Shown here piece by piece: positions 29,971 through 40,175 of a DNA stretch of 64,000 bases. The notes beneath the pieces are model-generated. The model had not been told where the DNA came from, ran no database searches, and saw only the letters and a list, made by a program, of their open reading frames with translations. The stretch is taken from contig CAKPAI010000001.1 in assembly GCA_934133005.1 (NCBI GenBank), positions 64,478 through 128,477 on the forward strand, in the 5' to 3' direction. This stretch comes from an uncultured Clostridia bacterium (GTDB lineage: Bacteria > Bacillota > Clostridia > TANB77 > CAG-508). Both the position numbers and the translations under genes were made by a program. How positions within the stretch are numbered: position 1 is the first letter of the stretch; each line of letters opens with the position of its first letter.

Positions 29971-30009
29971 TATGCAAAAACATGGAAAAAAGATTCCATG
30001 TTTTTATTT

Positions 30010-30633
30010 TTATTCTTCTCTATTTTCACATCTACAGTTATTCCAAGTTGCTTGGTTCATGTAAAATCTTTTTTCAGCCATTTTATCTTGAACATTTCTT
30101 AGTGCCTCTCCAAATCTTTGAAAATGCACTATTTCTCTTTGTCTTAAATATTTTAAAACATCAACTACATCTTTATCGTCAGCACAAAGGTCAATTAATT
30201 TTTCGTATGTTGCTCTTGCCTTTTGCTCTGCAGCCAAGTCTTCTTGAAGGTTAGCTATAGCATCCCCTTTGCATGCTAAACAATTTGCAGAAAAAGCCAT
30301 TCCACCAGCAGATTGTGGGTATACATCTATACCATGATCTGTGTAGTATGCTCCAAGTCCTGCTCGTTCTAATTCAGCTGGACATACACCTTGTGTTAAT
30401 TGTCTCACAATTGTTCCTACCATCTCAAGGTGTGAAAGTTCCTCTGTTCCTATATCATTTAAAGTTGCTTTAGCAATCTCATCAGGCATTGCAAATCTTT
30501 GAGATAAATATCTAAGTGAAGCTGCAAGCTCTCCATCAGGTCCTCCATATTGAGATATAATATTTTTTGCCATTCTTGGATTTCTATTTTTTATATTTAT
30601 TGGGTATTGTAAAAGTTTGTTATATGTCCACAT
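30010..30633 (-). CDS. cotJC: spore coat protein CotJC (manganese catalase family)
   Basis: MWTYNKLLQYP...QYGGPDGELAASLRYLSQR is a strong CotJC match. Confidence 0.85.
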   Translation of the reverse strand: MWTYNKLLQYPINIKNRNPRMAKNIISQYGGPDGELAASLRYLSQRFAMPDEIAKATLNDIGTEELSHLEMVGTIVRQLTQGVCPAELERAGLGAYYTDHGIDVYPQSAGGMAFSANCLACKGDAIANLQEDLAAEQKARATYEKLIDLCADDKDVVDVLKYLRQREIVHFQRFGEALRNVQDKMAEKRFYMNQATWNNCRCENREE

Positions 30634-30974
30634 TAGTCTTCATCTCCTTCCCAAGGCCATGGTTCTTCAAGCCATCTCCAACTATTGCATGGGCAATAGA
30701 TTGAAAGTGGACCATAAACTCTTTGATATTTTTCTTTTAGATTTTTAAGCTGGTTACAATATTCTCTATGCAAACACAAAGCTTTTTCATCATCTCTATG
30801 AGTATTCAAATACTCTGCTATGTCTGTTATTGCAAACATAAGACATTGAATTTTTTCTAGCATTTTTTCTCCTGCTTCATCTTTTTTCTTACAATTACAA
30901 GAGTTATCAGCATTGTTTATTGGATTTATTCCAAACGCTGCATTTACTCCTGTTGGTTCATAATTACATTCCAC
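30633..30974 (-). CDS. cotJB: spore coat protein CotJB
   Basis: YLNTHRDDEKALCLHREY...RVYGPLS...WRWLEEPWPWE. The true start may be the internal Met at 30863. Confidence 0.7.
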   Translation of the reverse strand: MECNYEPTGVNAAFGINPINNADNSCNCKKKDEAGEKMLEKIQCLMFAITDIAEYLNTHRDDEKALCLHREYCNQLKNLKEKYQRVYGPLSIYCPCNSWRWLEEPWPWEGDED

Positions 30975-31314
30975 AACTATTGCACCCCTTTCCTATTACA
31001 TTTCTTCTCATTAAATAGTCTATGTCTTCTACGCTTTGACATGGATAATATGGACTTACAAGCTCTGGAAAAATAGTTCCATTTTTTAGTCCACAACAAG
31101 GTGTAAAAGTTTTATCCATATGTTGTATTGGCACATAGCTCTGTCCAAGCATTGGATTTACTGGAAATAAACTTTCTTCTTGCTTAAATCCACAACTGCA
31201 TGAATTCATATTATAGTTTTCATATTCATTACTTACATTATCGCAAATAGACTCTATTGGGCTTTCTTGCTCTTTACAACATGAATTACAATTCTCATTC
31301 ATATTTGTTAACAT
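30964..31314 (-). CDS. cotJA: spore coat-associated protein CotJA
   Basis: SYVPIQHMDKTF...LKNGTIFPELVSPY matches the CotJA signature. Confidence 0.65.
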   Translation of the reverse strand: MLTNMNENCNSCCKEQESPIESICDNVSNEYENYNMNSCSCGFKQEESLFPVNPMLGQSYVPIQHMDKTFTPCCGLKNGTIFPELVSPYYPCQSVEDIDYLMRRNVIGKGCNSCGM

Positions 31315-31401
31315 TCCTTTCTTTAAATAAATATTAGCATGAAAGTATTTTGCCTTCTTGCTTATATTACATCTTATGAGAAAATTCTACTTTTAGTTAC
31401 A

Positions 31402-32094
31402 TTATTTTCTTTCAATATTGTAATATGTATTTGGAATATTCCCAATAATTACAGACTCTGCAATTAGTACTTGATTTTCAATTTTTTGTGTTATTGTATT
31501 ATATGGAGTAAGAATTGTTGCTTCACATTCTATATTAAGATATATTCTATGCATAGTTTGATTTATTCCCTCTGATATAAACTCTGATTCTAATTTTGTT
31601 ACAACATTTCCTACATTTTCTATTTTTATATGAATTTCTGGGCCAAGCGCTGAAAATACTGTATTTCCTAGAACGCTTCCTAAATGAATTGATATATAGC
31701 TTTCACTTTGTTTTTCCATTTCTTCTACTATTTTATTCGGAATATCCGATATAACTTCATTTATATTTTTAGTATTGGTTTGAATTAAAGTTATATCTCC
31801 ATTACTATCTCTTACCACATTTACAAAATCTTCATATTTATACTCATTCATAATTTGAGTCGCTTGTTTATTAGATATAACCGTTGCTAAATTCTTGGCT
31901 TTGTCTATGCAAAGTGCATCAATAATTGGATTAATAGCTCTCAAAATTGCAAATACCGTAATTACTGAAATTATCACTATCAAAAATATGCTATTTCTTA
32001 TTTTTCTATTTTGTGGGCTATTCTTTTTATTAAAGAAAAGAGGAAGATTTATTCTCCCTCCTCTTGTATATATTTTTTCCACTTTTCTATCCAT
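31402..32094 (-). CDS. yunB: sporulation protein YunB
   Basis: N-terminal TM segment. Size and C-terminus IAESVIIGNIPNTY are YunB-like. Confidence 0.5.
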   Translation of the reverse strand: MDRKVEKIYTRGGRINLPLFFNKKNSPQNRKIRNSIFLIVIISVITVFAILRAINPIIDALCIDKAKNLATVISNKQATQIMNEYKYEDFVNVVRDSNGDITLIQTNTKNINEVISDIPNKIVEEMEKQSESYISIHLGSVLGNTVFSALGPEIHIKIENVGNVVTKLESEFISEGINQTMHRIYLNIECEATILTPYNTITQKIENQVLIAESVIIGNIPNTYYNIERK

Positions 32095-32112
32095 AACTAA
32101 AATACTCCTCTA

Positions 32113-33636
32113 CTATCTTGGAATAAATAGTTGATTTCCTTGCATTATTCTACTATTTTCTTCAATATTATTTATCTTTGCAATCTCTTCAACTGTACTG
32201 CCAAACTTCTTAGCTATATTCCATAATGTATCTCCTGCTTTTGTATAATATATTACTATGCTAAATCTTTCTACATTACTATTTTCTTCCTCATTTATAT
32301 TTTCTATTATTTTAACAGTATCTTCTACACATATATTCAAATTAAATTCCATTTCAAGTTTTATATCTACTGTATCATTTGCAGTTATTATTATATCCTT
32401 TTGCAGAATTGCTATTGTGGTTTGAATACTAGCTTTACTTTTTATTTGCTCTGAATTTACAGCAAATTCAAATGGTTCTATTATTTCTTTTACACCAATA
32501 CTACTTGATTCGTTTTGTGCATAAATACAAGTAAGTACCATGTTCCCTTGATAATTTATTTTTCCATTTTCTATATTTGAGCTTAAAATCATTGGCTTTA
32601 CTTCAACATCATACATTTTATTATTTGCAAGGCCATCTATTTTTTCTTGTTTTTTCATAATGTATTTATCTTTCACAAGTTCTTTTGTAGCCATAACACT
32701 AACTGATTTTTGTGTATAATTAAAAGTTTTTGTTCTTCCGTATAAATCTTCAATTATGCTTATTGATTGTTTCTTGTAAACAAACCCTAAAAGCTCATAT
32801 TCAGCTTCAATATATATTGAATGTTCTTGAACATTATTAGGCTTAACCACCAAATTCTTTAACTCATAACTTATATCACAGGTATCATCATCTGACACAT
32901 CTTGCATATCAATAAATCCTATTAACGGAATTATACTTTTAGACATTTCTATTCTTCCATCATCCGTTAAATACATTATTTTAAACACACCATCTGCCTT
33001 TGATAAAATTTTATTATAGCTTACTTTATTTTCGATATTTTCTATACTTATCTCCGCTTTCATTATATCAGCTAAGTTATCTGTACTCTCTATTTGAAGA
33101 GTATCTTTTGCATATACTCTTGTTGTTCCTGTTCCAACTAATGAATTTAGCTCTAATTCCTTTGATAAAGTTTCTATATCACATGCATCTTCTAAATTTT
33201 TGATATACTCAACATTTTCTTTTAAATAAGCTACTGTAGATATGTCTATTACAGCTTTTAAGCTTATCTTTCTTCCATTTAGTATTTTACAGTCCAGACT
33301 TTGTAAAATACTTTTTTCATCAACTATCATTTCAGATGTTAACTCTTTCATTTCAATATTTTTACTAAATGAAAGTGTTGTACTTATCGCCCTAATATTA
33401 GATTTTTCGTCATCTGCAACATATACCACATAGGCATTTATTGCTCCTTCTATTTTTACTTTTCCATCAGATACCTCTTTTTTATATATACATACATTTC
33501 CATTTGTTGATACAACACTTAATATATCAGGCTTTATATCAGGTACTATCTCATCTCCTTCAATTATAAACTTTTCTGTCTTTTGTGCTACAATTCTATT
33601 AACACATAAATTATTCTTTTCAAACTTTATATCCAT
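32113..33636 (-). CDS. SPOCS (DUF3794)/C-terminal LysM sporulation protein, SipL/SpoVID-like
   Basis: C-terminal LysM reads YTKAGDTLWNIAKKFGSTVEEIAKINNI. The N-terminal repeats are SPOCS-like. Confidence 0.5.
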   Translation of the reverse strand: MDIKFEKNNLCVNRIVAQKTEKFIIEGDEIVPDIKPDILSVVSTNGNVCIYKKEVSDGKVKIEGAINAYVVYVADDEKSNIRAISTTLSFSKNIEMKELTSEMIVDEKSILQSLDCKILNGRKISLKAVIDISTVAYLKENVEYIKNLEDACDIETLSKELELNSLVGTGTTRVYAKDTLQIESTDNLADIMKAEISIENIENKVSYNKILSKADGVFKIMYLTDDGRIEMSKSIIPLIGFIDMQDVSDDDTCDISYELKNLVVKPNNVQEHSIYIEAEYELLGFVYKKQSISIIEDLYGRTKTFNYTQKSVSVMATKELVKDKYIMKKQEKIDGLANNKMYDVEVKPMILSSNIENGKINYQGNMVLTCIYAQNESSSIGVKEIIEPFEFAVNSEQIKSKASIQTTIAILQKDIIITANDTVDIKLEMEFNLNICVEDTVKIIENINEEENSNVERFSIVIYYTKAGDTLWNIAKKFGSTVEEIAKINNIEENSRIMQGNQLFIPR

Positions 33637-33757
33637 GTATTCGTCCTTCCTTTAAAAATCAAATTTATTTTGTTAATATATATGCAAGTACTTTTCTAAC
33701 TATTCTAAAATTAACGAAAATAGTATATTTGTCATATTATAATATAAGGTGGTAAAT

Positions 33758-34576
33758 ATGAAATTTAATAGTCTAAAAAAAGGAGATATTGTCGCAAGAA
33801 AGTCCTACGGAATGGATATTGCTTTTTTTATAAACGATATAATCGACCAAGACCATACCCCAATTGCCATTCTTAAAGGAGTTACTGTTAGAATTATTGC
33901 AGATAGTCCATTAGATGACTTAGTAATATTATCTGATACTACTATAAAAAATGTACTTTTAAATTTTGATTCAGAATTGCAAACTTCTAAAATAAATAAA
34001 ATCAAATCAAAAATTCCTATCTTAAAGCGAACCTATGTACAATATGGACGTATTTTACATCTTGATGGGGATAAAAAATATAGTGAAAAATCACAGAAAT
34101 TTTATAAAAATATAGGATTAAATGTTATCGTAAAAAATGTTGCAGAAAAAAAGCAACCTCAAATGATAACTGGCTTACTGAATAGATATACCCCTGATAT
34201 ATTAGTAGTTACAGGGCATGATGGAATGATAAAAAAAGAGCATAACTTTAATGATATATATAACTACAGAAACTCTAGATTTTTCGTTGAAACAGTTATA
34301 AGAGCTCGAATGTGGGAAAATAGAAAAAATAAACTTTCCATATTTGCTGGTGCTTGTCAGAGCTATTACGAAGCTTTAATTAGTGCTGGTGCAAACTTTG
34401 CTTCATCCCCAGCTCGTATTCTGATAGATTTTAAAGATCCTCTAGTTGTAGCTCAAAAAATTGCTATGACTGAAGAAAGTGATTTCATTTCAATAAAAGA
34501 TATTGAATATGATTTACGTGATGGAAAAGACGGTGTTAATGGCATTGGTTCATATGGTAAGAAAATTATTTATTAA
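33758..34576 (+). CDS. yabG: sporulation-specific protease YabG
   Basis: ILHLDGD...LVVTGHD...AGACQS motifs. Start set at ATG 33758 after AAGGTGG. Confidence 0.8.
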   Translation: MKFNSLKKGDIVARKSYGMDIAFFINDIIDQDHTPIAILKGVTVRIIADSPLDDLVILSDTTIKNVLLNFDSELQTSKINKIKSKIPILKRTYVQYGRILHLDGDKKYSEKSQKFYKNIGLNVIVKNVAEKKQPQMITGLLNRYTPDILVVTGHDGMIKKEHNFNDIYNYRNSRFFVETVIRARMWENRKNKLSIFAGACQSYYEALISAGANFASSPARILIDFKDPLVVAQKIAMTEESDFISIKDIEYDLRDGKDGVNGIGSYGKKIIY

Positions 34577-34724
34577 AAATGTAATCAAAATGTAATAAAC
34601 GGTATTTTTTCTATTTTTGCTTACAGTACCATGGTGTTTCAGTTTTCTTCAGTATTTGTAAGCTTTTGACAGATTATGCAGAAAATGGTATAATTAGCTC
34701 ATCTTAAAGGAGTGGTGAAACACT

Positions 34725-35030
34725 ATGATTTATCAAAATGATATTGCAAATCTAAAGATGGATATTGGAGAAAAAATTGGACAAAAGATAATTGTAAAAG
34801 GTTCTTTAGGAAGAAATAGACCATTTGAAAAAGAAGCAACAATCGAAAAAGCCTATCCAAGTATTTTCATAGTAAAATACGATGAAAACCAAAGAAATGT
34901 AACTTACAGTTATACTGATATATTAACAAGAACAGTAGAACTTCAAGTTTTTGATGGTCAAAATTATAGTCCATTAATCCCACCAGAAGTTGAAGGAAAG
35001 AAAAAAAGAAAAGAATACAATATTGGTTAA
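34725..35030 (+). CDS. veg: Veg protein (DUF1021)
   Basis: KAYPSIFIVKYDENQRNVTYSYTDILTRTVELQ matches the Veg family. Confidence 0.75.
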   Translation: MIYQNDIANLKMDIGEKIGQKIIVKGSLGRNRPFEKEATIEKAYPSIFIVKYDENQRNVTYSYTDILTRTVELQVFDGQNYSPLIPPEVEGKKKRKEYNIG

Positions 35031-35103
35031 TTATTAGCCAATATTTTTTTGTTTTTATAACGATATAAGCGGATACTTCCAAATAATATCCGCTTCTTTA
35101 TTA

Positions 35104-36855
35104 TTATTTTTTTATATCCAATTTAATATGAACATCTCTTAATTGATCCTTGGTTACATTGCCAGGTGCTCCCATCATTAAATCTTCTGCTTTACTATTT
35201 AAAGGGAAGGCTATTACTTCTCTTATGGTTTCAGCACCTGTAAGTAACATTAACATTCTATCTATTCCAGGTGCAATACCAGCATGTGGTGGTGCTCCAA
35301 ATTGAAATGCATTAAATAAGGCACCAAATTTTTCTTCAACTTGTTCTTTCGTATATCCTGCTATTTCAAATGCTTTAAGCATTATACCAATATCATGGTT
35401 TCTCACAGCACCAGAAGAAAGTTCTATTCCGTTGCAAACAATATCATACTGATATGCAAGTATATCTAATGGTTCTTTATTCTCTAACGCTTCCATTCCA
35501 CCTTGTGGCATTGAAAATGGATTGTGACTAAAAGCAATTTTTCCTCTTTCATCTAATTCAAACATAGGAAAATCAACTATCCAACAAAAGCTAAATTTCT
35601 TATCATCTATTAAATCTAGTCTTTTTCCTAGTTCTTCTCTTATTTGACCAGCGAGTTCTGTCGCTCTCTTTTTACTATCTGCTATAAAGAAAATAGTATC
35701 ATCTTTTTTTAAATCTGCAATTTCCATAAGCTCTTTTTTCATCTCATCTGGTATAAATTTATCAATTGGTCCTTTATATGATAAATCATCTTGAACTTCT
35801 AAGTAGCCTAGTCCTCCCATTCCAATAGACATTGCAAATTCAAGCATTTTTTCATGAAAGCCTTTCGACATTTTTTGGCTTACCTTTATTGCTCTTACTG
35901 TTCTATTTATGAATGGTTTAAATGTACACTTTTGAAAGAAATCTGTAACATCAATTATAAATAATGGATTTCTTAAATCTGGTTTATCCGAGCCATATTT
36001 TAACATTGCATCTTTATAAGTAATCCTTGGAAATGGATATTCTGAAATTTCCTTGTCAGAAAATTCTTTAAAAGTGTTATATATAATTGGCTCCATTTCC
36101 GCAAATACATCTTCTTGAGAAGCATAAGCCATTTCCATATCTAGTTGATAAAATTCTCCTGGTGCTCTATCAGCTCTTGCATCTTCATCTCTGAAACATG
36201 GTGCAATTTGAAAATATTTATCTATTCCAGAAACCATCAACAATTGCTTGAATTGTTGTGGAGCCTGTGGAAGTGCATAAAACTTTCCCGGATGCAATCT
36301 GCTTGGTACTAAATAGTCTCTTGCTCCTTCTGGTGAAGAGCTAGTAAGTATCGGTGTTTGTACTTCTAAAAATCCACGTTCAACCATTTGATTTCTTAAA
36401 TATTGTAATACTTTTGCTCTTAATATTAGATTTTCTTTTAATTTATCACTTCTTAAATCTAAAAATCTATATTGAAGTCGTAAATCTTCTCTTACTACTT
36501 GGTTTGAATTTACTTCAAATGGTAAATTTTTTGTTCTTCTACCTAAAACTTTAATTTCTTTAATAAATACTTCTACTTCACCAGTTTTAATTTTTAAATT
36601 TACTGTATCTTCACTCCTTTTTCTAACAGTTCCTAATACAGTTACCGAAGATTCAACTGGTATATGTGAAGCAAATTCCACATCATCTTCTCTTCCAGAT
36701 GTTACAGCCTGAGTGATTCCAAACATATCTCTTATGTCTAAAAATACAACTCCTCCATGATTACGAATTGTCTGCACAAATCCCGCAATCCTTACTTCTT
36801 TTCCTATGTCTGCTAAACTTATTTCATCGCAGTCATGTGTCTTGTACTTTCTCAT
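35104..36855 (-). CDS. aspS: aspartate--tRNA ligase
   Basis: Class II aaRS with PGEFYQLDMEM and an OB fold. Start set at ATG 36855 (MRKYKTHDCDE) after AGGAGGT. Confidence 0.9.
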   Translation of the reverse strand: MRKYKTHDCDEISLADIGKEVRIAGFVQTIRNHGGVVFLDIRDMFGITQAVTSGREDDVEFASHIPVESSVTVLGTVRKRSEDTVNLKIKTGEVEVFIKEIKVLGRRTKNLPFEVNSNQVVREDLRLQYRFLDLRSDKLKENLILRAKVLQYLRNQMVERGFLEVQTPILTSSSPEGARDYLVPSRLHPGKFYALPQAPQQFKQLLMVSGIDKYFQIAPCFRDEDARADRAPGEFYQLDMEMAYASQEDVFAEMEPIIYNTFKEFSDKEISEYPFPRITYKDAMLKYGSDKPDLRNPLFIIDVTDFFQKCTFKPFINRTVRAIKVSQKMSKGFHEKMLEFAMSIGMGGLGYLEVQDDLSYKGPIDKFIPDEMKKELMEIADLKKDDTIFFIADSKKRATELAGQIREELGKRLDLIDDKKFSFCWIVDFPMFELDERGKIAFSHNPFSMPQGGMEALENKEPLDILAYQYDIVCNGIELSSGAVRNHDIGIMLKAFEIAGYTKEQVEEKFGALFNAFQFGAPPHAGIAPGIDRMLMLLTGAETIREVIAFPLNSKAEDLMMGAPGNVTKDQLRDVHIKLDIKK

Positions 36856-36889
36856 AAAATACCTCCTATTTTCAGATTTTAAGCAGAAA

Positions 36890-37078
36890 CTTTCATAAGA
36901 CACAAAAAAACCCCTGCAAAATGCAGGGACGAAATATTTCCGCGGTGCCACCCAGCTTGAAAGAAAATACTTTTCTTTCCTCTTTATTTATATATGCTCC
37001 AAAGTGTTTCATATTTTAGTTTAACTAAAAGGGCTTTCAGCCGGTGACCCTCATTCTCTTTCTAGCAGTGCCTAAATA
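36890..37078 (-). promoter_or_regulatory. T-box riboswitch leader of aspS
   Basis: Minus strand carries AGCTGGGTGGCACCGCGG followed by terminator GTCCCTGCATTTTGCAGGGGTTTTTTT. Confidence 0.7.
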
Positions 37079-37165
37079 CTTTGCTTTGTACAAACGCTTC
37101 ATTATTAACTATATATAATTTTATAAACTTTTTACCAATTTGTCAAGTTTTATTAACTGATTTCC

Positions 37166-37399
37166 TCAAATTCCTTCATTTTTTCTTGTACTATTACAAA
37201 TTTCATAATCTAAAATATCTCCTGGTTTACAATTTAAAACTTTGCAAATTTTTTCTAAAGTTGAAAATCTTATTGCTTTTGCCTTATTTGTTTTTAATAT
37301 AGAAAGATTTGCTGGAGTTATTCCTACTTTTTCTGCAAGTTCTTGTGATGACATTTTCCTTTTAGCTAGCATAACATCTACATTTACTATTATTGGCAT
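37166..37399 (-). CDS. XRE/Cro-type HTH transcriptional regulator (YozG-like)
   Basis: MSSQELAEKVGITPANLSILK motif. Confidence 0.75.
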   Translation of the reverse strand: MPIIVNVDVMLAKRKMSSQELAEKVGITPANLSILKTNKAKAIRFSTLEKICKVLNCKPGDILDYEICNSTRKNEGI

Positions 37400-37417
37400 A
37401 TATATTTTTCCTCCATT

Positions 37418-37957
37418 TTATACAGTTAACTCATTCTCTTCTTTATATTTTATTGCTTTTTTATAAATTTCATTTAATATCTTTATTCCTATTCCAAAAA
37501 TTAAGAATACACCTGAAAGAATTAATATTACCATTTTTATTAAAGTATTGCTTAAAAAACCAAATTCCGAAAAGTTATTTAGTACAATAGATACTCCCAC
37601 TAAAATTATGAAATACAATGTTCCAATTATCATTGATAACTTCGATATTTTCTCTAAATATGTTAAATTTTCCTTTTCAAACACTTTATTCTCTTTTAAA
37701 TTCTTAAATATTTTTATAAACTGATATATTATGAATAAAGCAACTATTCCGGTAATTATTACAACCGCACTTATTATAGTAAGTAGTATAAGTCTAGTAA
37801 GATATTGTGATCTAACATCAGAACTTGAAAAATCTAAAAATAGTACTGCTGAGCAAAATAGAAATCCACCAATTGTTACAAGCGCTATTACTAAAAATAA
37901 TATTTCTAATCCCAATTCAACTTTTGACGATAAACTTTTTTCTCCTAAAATCTTCAT
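37418..37957 (-). CDS. DUF2975-like membrane protein partnered with the HTH regulator
   Basis: 4-TM protein immediately upstream of the Cro-like gene, a typical pairing. Confidence 0.45.
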   Translation of the reverse strand: MKILGEKSLSSKVELGLEILFLVIALVTIGGFLFCSAVLFLDFSSSDVRSQYLTRLILLTIISAVVIITGIVALFIIYQFIKIFKNLKENKVFEKENLTYLEKISKLSMIIGTLYFIILVGVSIVLNNFSEFGFLSNTLIKMVILILSGVFLIFGIGIKILNEIYKKAIKYKEENELTV

Positions 37958-38093
37958 ATTCTCAATATCCTTTCTTGTTTGTATTATATAGTATATCCTT
38001 TTGTTTTTTGTATGTCAATATTTTATTATCGTTTTTCGATAATTATGCAGTGTAAAAAGAGTGGTCACTTTTAAAAGTAACCACTTTTATATT

Positions 38094-38654
38094 CTATTTC
38101 AAATATTTCTTAAGGTCAATTTTCATATACTTATTTGAATTTGTTTTTAAACTTTCAATTAACTTGCTTTTTACAGTTTGTGCTAAGTTAAATTCTTTAG
38201 TAGTAATTACTTTTTCTTCTAAAGCTTCTTTTAATTCATTTTCGTCTAACACACTTATCATATTATTTTTTAGAATAACATCTATAAATAAATCCTCATA
38301 ATATGGTGAATTTACTTTAAAATCAAAACCATTTCTTAACGTAACATCAAAATAGTATAATATCACATTTTTTTCATTATCTACAAAAGCTCTAATACAA
38401 TAATTTTCATTTACTGGGACTATTTCTACTATAGTATAATTATTATCAATTAAACATCCACTGCTTGGTGTACAAAATGGTTCCTTAATAGTTATTATTT
38501 TTTTAATTGAAATATAGCAATTATTCTCTTTGTCTTCATAAAAATTGTACTCATATTCATCTACATTTTTTAAATATGTTGATGAAATATATTTTTTCTT
38601 AACGGTCATAATCGCTTCTTTTGTCATTTTCTCTTTCTTCTCTATATCTATCAT
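38094..38654 (-). CDS. DUF402 (Ntdp-like nucleoside tri/diphosphatase) family protein
   Basis: YYEDLFIDVIL motif. Start uncertain (ATG 38654 or 38627). Overlaps the NUDIX 3' end. Confidence 0.45.
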   Translation of the reverse strand: MIDIEKKEKMTKEAIMTVKKKYISSTYLKNVDEYEYNFYEDKENNCYISIKKIITIKEPFCTPSSGCLIDNNYTIVEIVPVNENYCIRAFVDNEKNVILYYFDVTLRNGFDFKVNSPYYEDLFIDVILKNNMISVLDENELKEALEEKVITTKEFNLAQTVKSKLIESLKTNSNKYMKIDLKKYLK

Positions 38655-39159
38655 ATTTATCAAGAACTCCTAGCATTTCATTAATTATGAATTCTCTTTT
38701 TTCAGCTTTAGCAACATCTCTATTGTTTTCTAAGGCTTCTCTTAATTCTTGATATGGAACATATTCAAGAGTAAAAACTTGTTTTGATTCATTTTCGTCT
38801 AATTGACGCTTATCTAAATCAATTGGTGCATCTGTCTTTCCATCAAGAAATTGTATTGTTGTAAAATAATTTAATCCTAAATTATAATAATTCTTTTCAA
38901 AACATTGTAATTTATAAAATGGAGCATTAAAGTTTCCTAATCTAACCGTTATTCCAGTTTCTTCTCTAACTTCTCTTTGTGCACAATCTAAAGCTCCTTC
39001 TCCTTCTTCAATATGTCCTCCTATAAAATTATAGACACCGTTTCTTTTGCATAATAAGACTTCATCTTTAGAATTCAATAAAATAACCTTTACTCTGTGT
39101 TGTTGTTTTTGAATATCAGCCATGGTTAAATTATGTAAGTTCACTGTTTCTACTTTCAT
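38599..39159 (-). CDS. NUDIX hydrolase
   Basis: Nudix box GGHIEEGEGALDCAQREVREETGI. Confidence 0.8.
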   Translation of the reverse strand: MKVETVNLHNLTMADIQKQQHRVKVILLNSKDEVLLCKRNGVYNFIGGHIEEGEGALDCAQREVREETGITVRLGNFNAPFYKLQCFEKNYYNLGLNYFTTIQFLDGKTDAPIDLDKRQLDENESKQVFTLEYVPYQELREALENNRDVAKAEKREFIINEMLGVLDKYDRYREERENDKRSDYDR

Positions 39160-39310
39160 TTCTGTCTCCTTTTTTCTAAAATTACATATTTTAGTATATC
39201 ACGCAAAAAGTTTTATGTCAATATGCTATAATTTATTGATTTATTCATAAAAGAGTGTTATAATATAGTCTCCGTACGTAACACACACATTTAGTAAAAG
39301 GAGATTGCAT

Positions 39311-40129
39311 ATGATCAAAATTCCTACTCATTCTCGGGAAAGGCATGATTTGCAAGAGTTCTTCTGTTTGCTTACAAAACGTTGCAACTCGAACTGCACA
39401 TTTTGCATCGAAAAGGAGGTTCATTCTGGCGGATTCATTACTTGGAGCAACTTTAAAAAGTCTGTTTCCTTCGCAAAAGAAAATGGTTTGAACAACTTCT
39501 TTCTTCACGGCGGAGAGCCCACGTTGCATCCGGATATCGTAAAATTTGCAGAATATGCAAAAGAACAAGGTCTCTGTGTAAAAATGTTTACTAACGGTCT
39601 TCGTTATGACGTTTTGAAGTCCCTCGACGGCATTGTCGATGAAATCAAAGTATCTTATCGGAGTGAAGCCGTTTCTTTCCGTTTTAAGCAGAGCGAATGG
39701 AAAACTAAGCTTTATCTTGGCATTCTTGCCACGGAAGATGAGTTTCCTACAGAACAGTGCTTGTTGAACTTTGTTCACTACGCACATGACAAAACCGGCA
39801 TGGAGGTTTACGTAAATACCATGAATCCTGTAAATCAGGGGTCCTACGCAAACCAGTATGTTTCCTATCTTGAGGATAAGTTCCTCTCTCTTCCCCTTGA
39901 TGAGATTTTCTCTTCCTATCACAAGGCAGGTTTCTACCTTAGTGATGGAACAAGGGTTCGGATGGGCAACAAATCCATGAATCCCGGTCATCCCAAGTAC
40001 AGCATGGACCCTGATGGTCAAATTCACGACCACTTTGATCACGCTACCGCGTCTATCAAGCACGACGAGAAGCTTGATCTGCTCTTGGCCCCCGGTAAGG
40101 CACGCTTAGAGATTTTGAGATCTCTGTAA
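39311..40129 (+). CDS. radical SAM protein (single CxxxCxxC cluster, GGEP motif), GC-anomalous
   Basis: RCNSNCTFC and FLHGGEPTLHPD motifs. Start set at ATG 39311 after AAGGAG. Local GC is clearly higher than the surroundings. The antisense ORF 39245-40063 is rejected. Confidence 0.7.
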   Translation: MIKIPTHSRERHDLQEFFCLLTKRCNSNCTFCIEKEVHSGGFITWSNFKKSVSFAKENGLNNFFLHGGEPTLHPDIVKFAEYAKEQGLCVKMFTNGLRYDVLKSLDGIVDEIKVSYRSEAVSFRFKQSEWKTKLYLGILATEDEFPTEQCLLNFVHYAHDKTGMEVYVNTMNPVNQGSYANQYVSYLEDKFLSLPLDEIFSSYHKAGFYLSDGTRVRMGNKSMNPGHPKYSMDPDGQIHDHFDHATASIKHDEKLDLLLAPGKARLEILRSL

Positions 40130-40137
40130 TATCTTTT

Positions 40138-40171
40138 GCAGGTTGGTGAGCACTTCACCAACCTGCTTTTT
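40138..40171 (+). terminator. rho-independent terminator of the radical SAM gene
   Basis: GCAGGTTGGTGAGCACTTCACCAACCTGC followed by TTTTT. Confidence 0.7.
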
Positions 40172-40175
40172 ATTT

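Noticed and set aside
39245-40063. 272-aa minus-strand ORF overlapping the radical SAM gene
   Set aside because: It is an artefact of the locally high GC. It has no motifs. The plus-strand frame carries CxxxCxxC, GGEP, an SD and a terminator.
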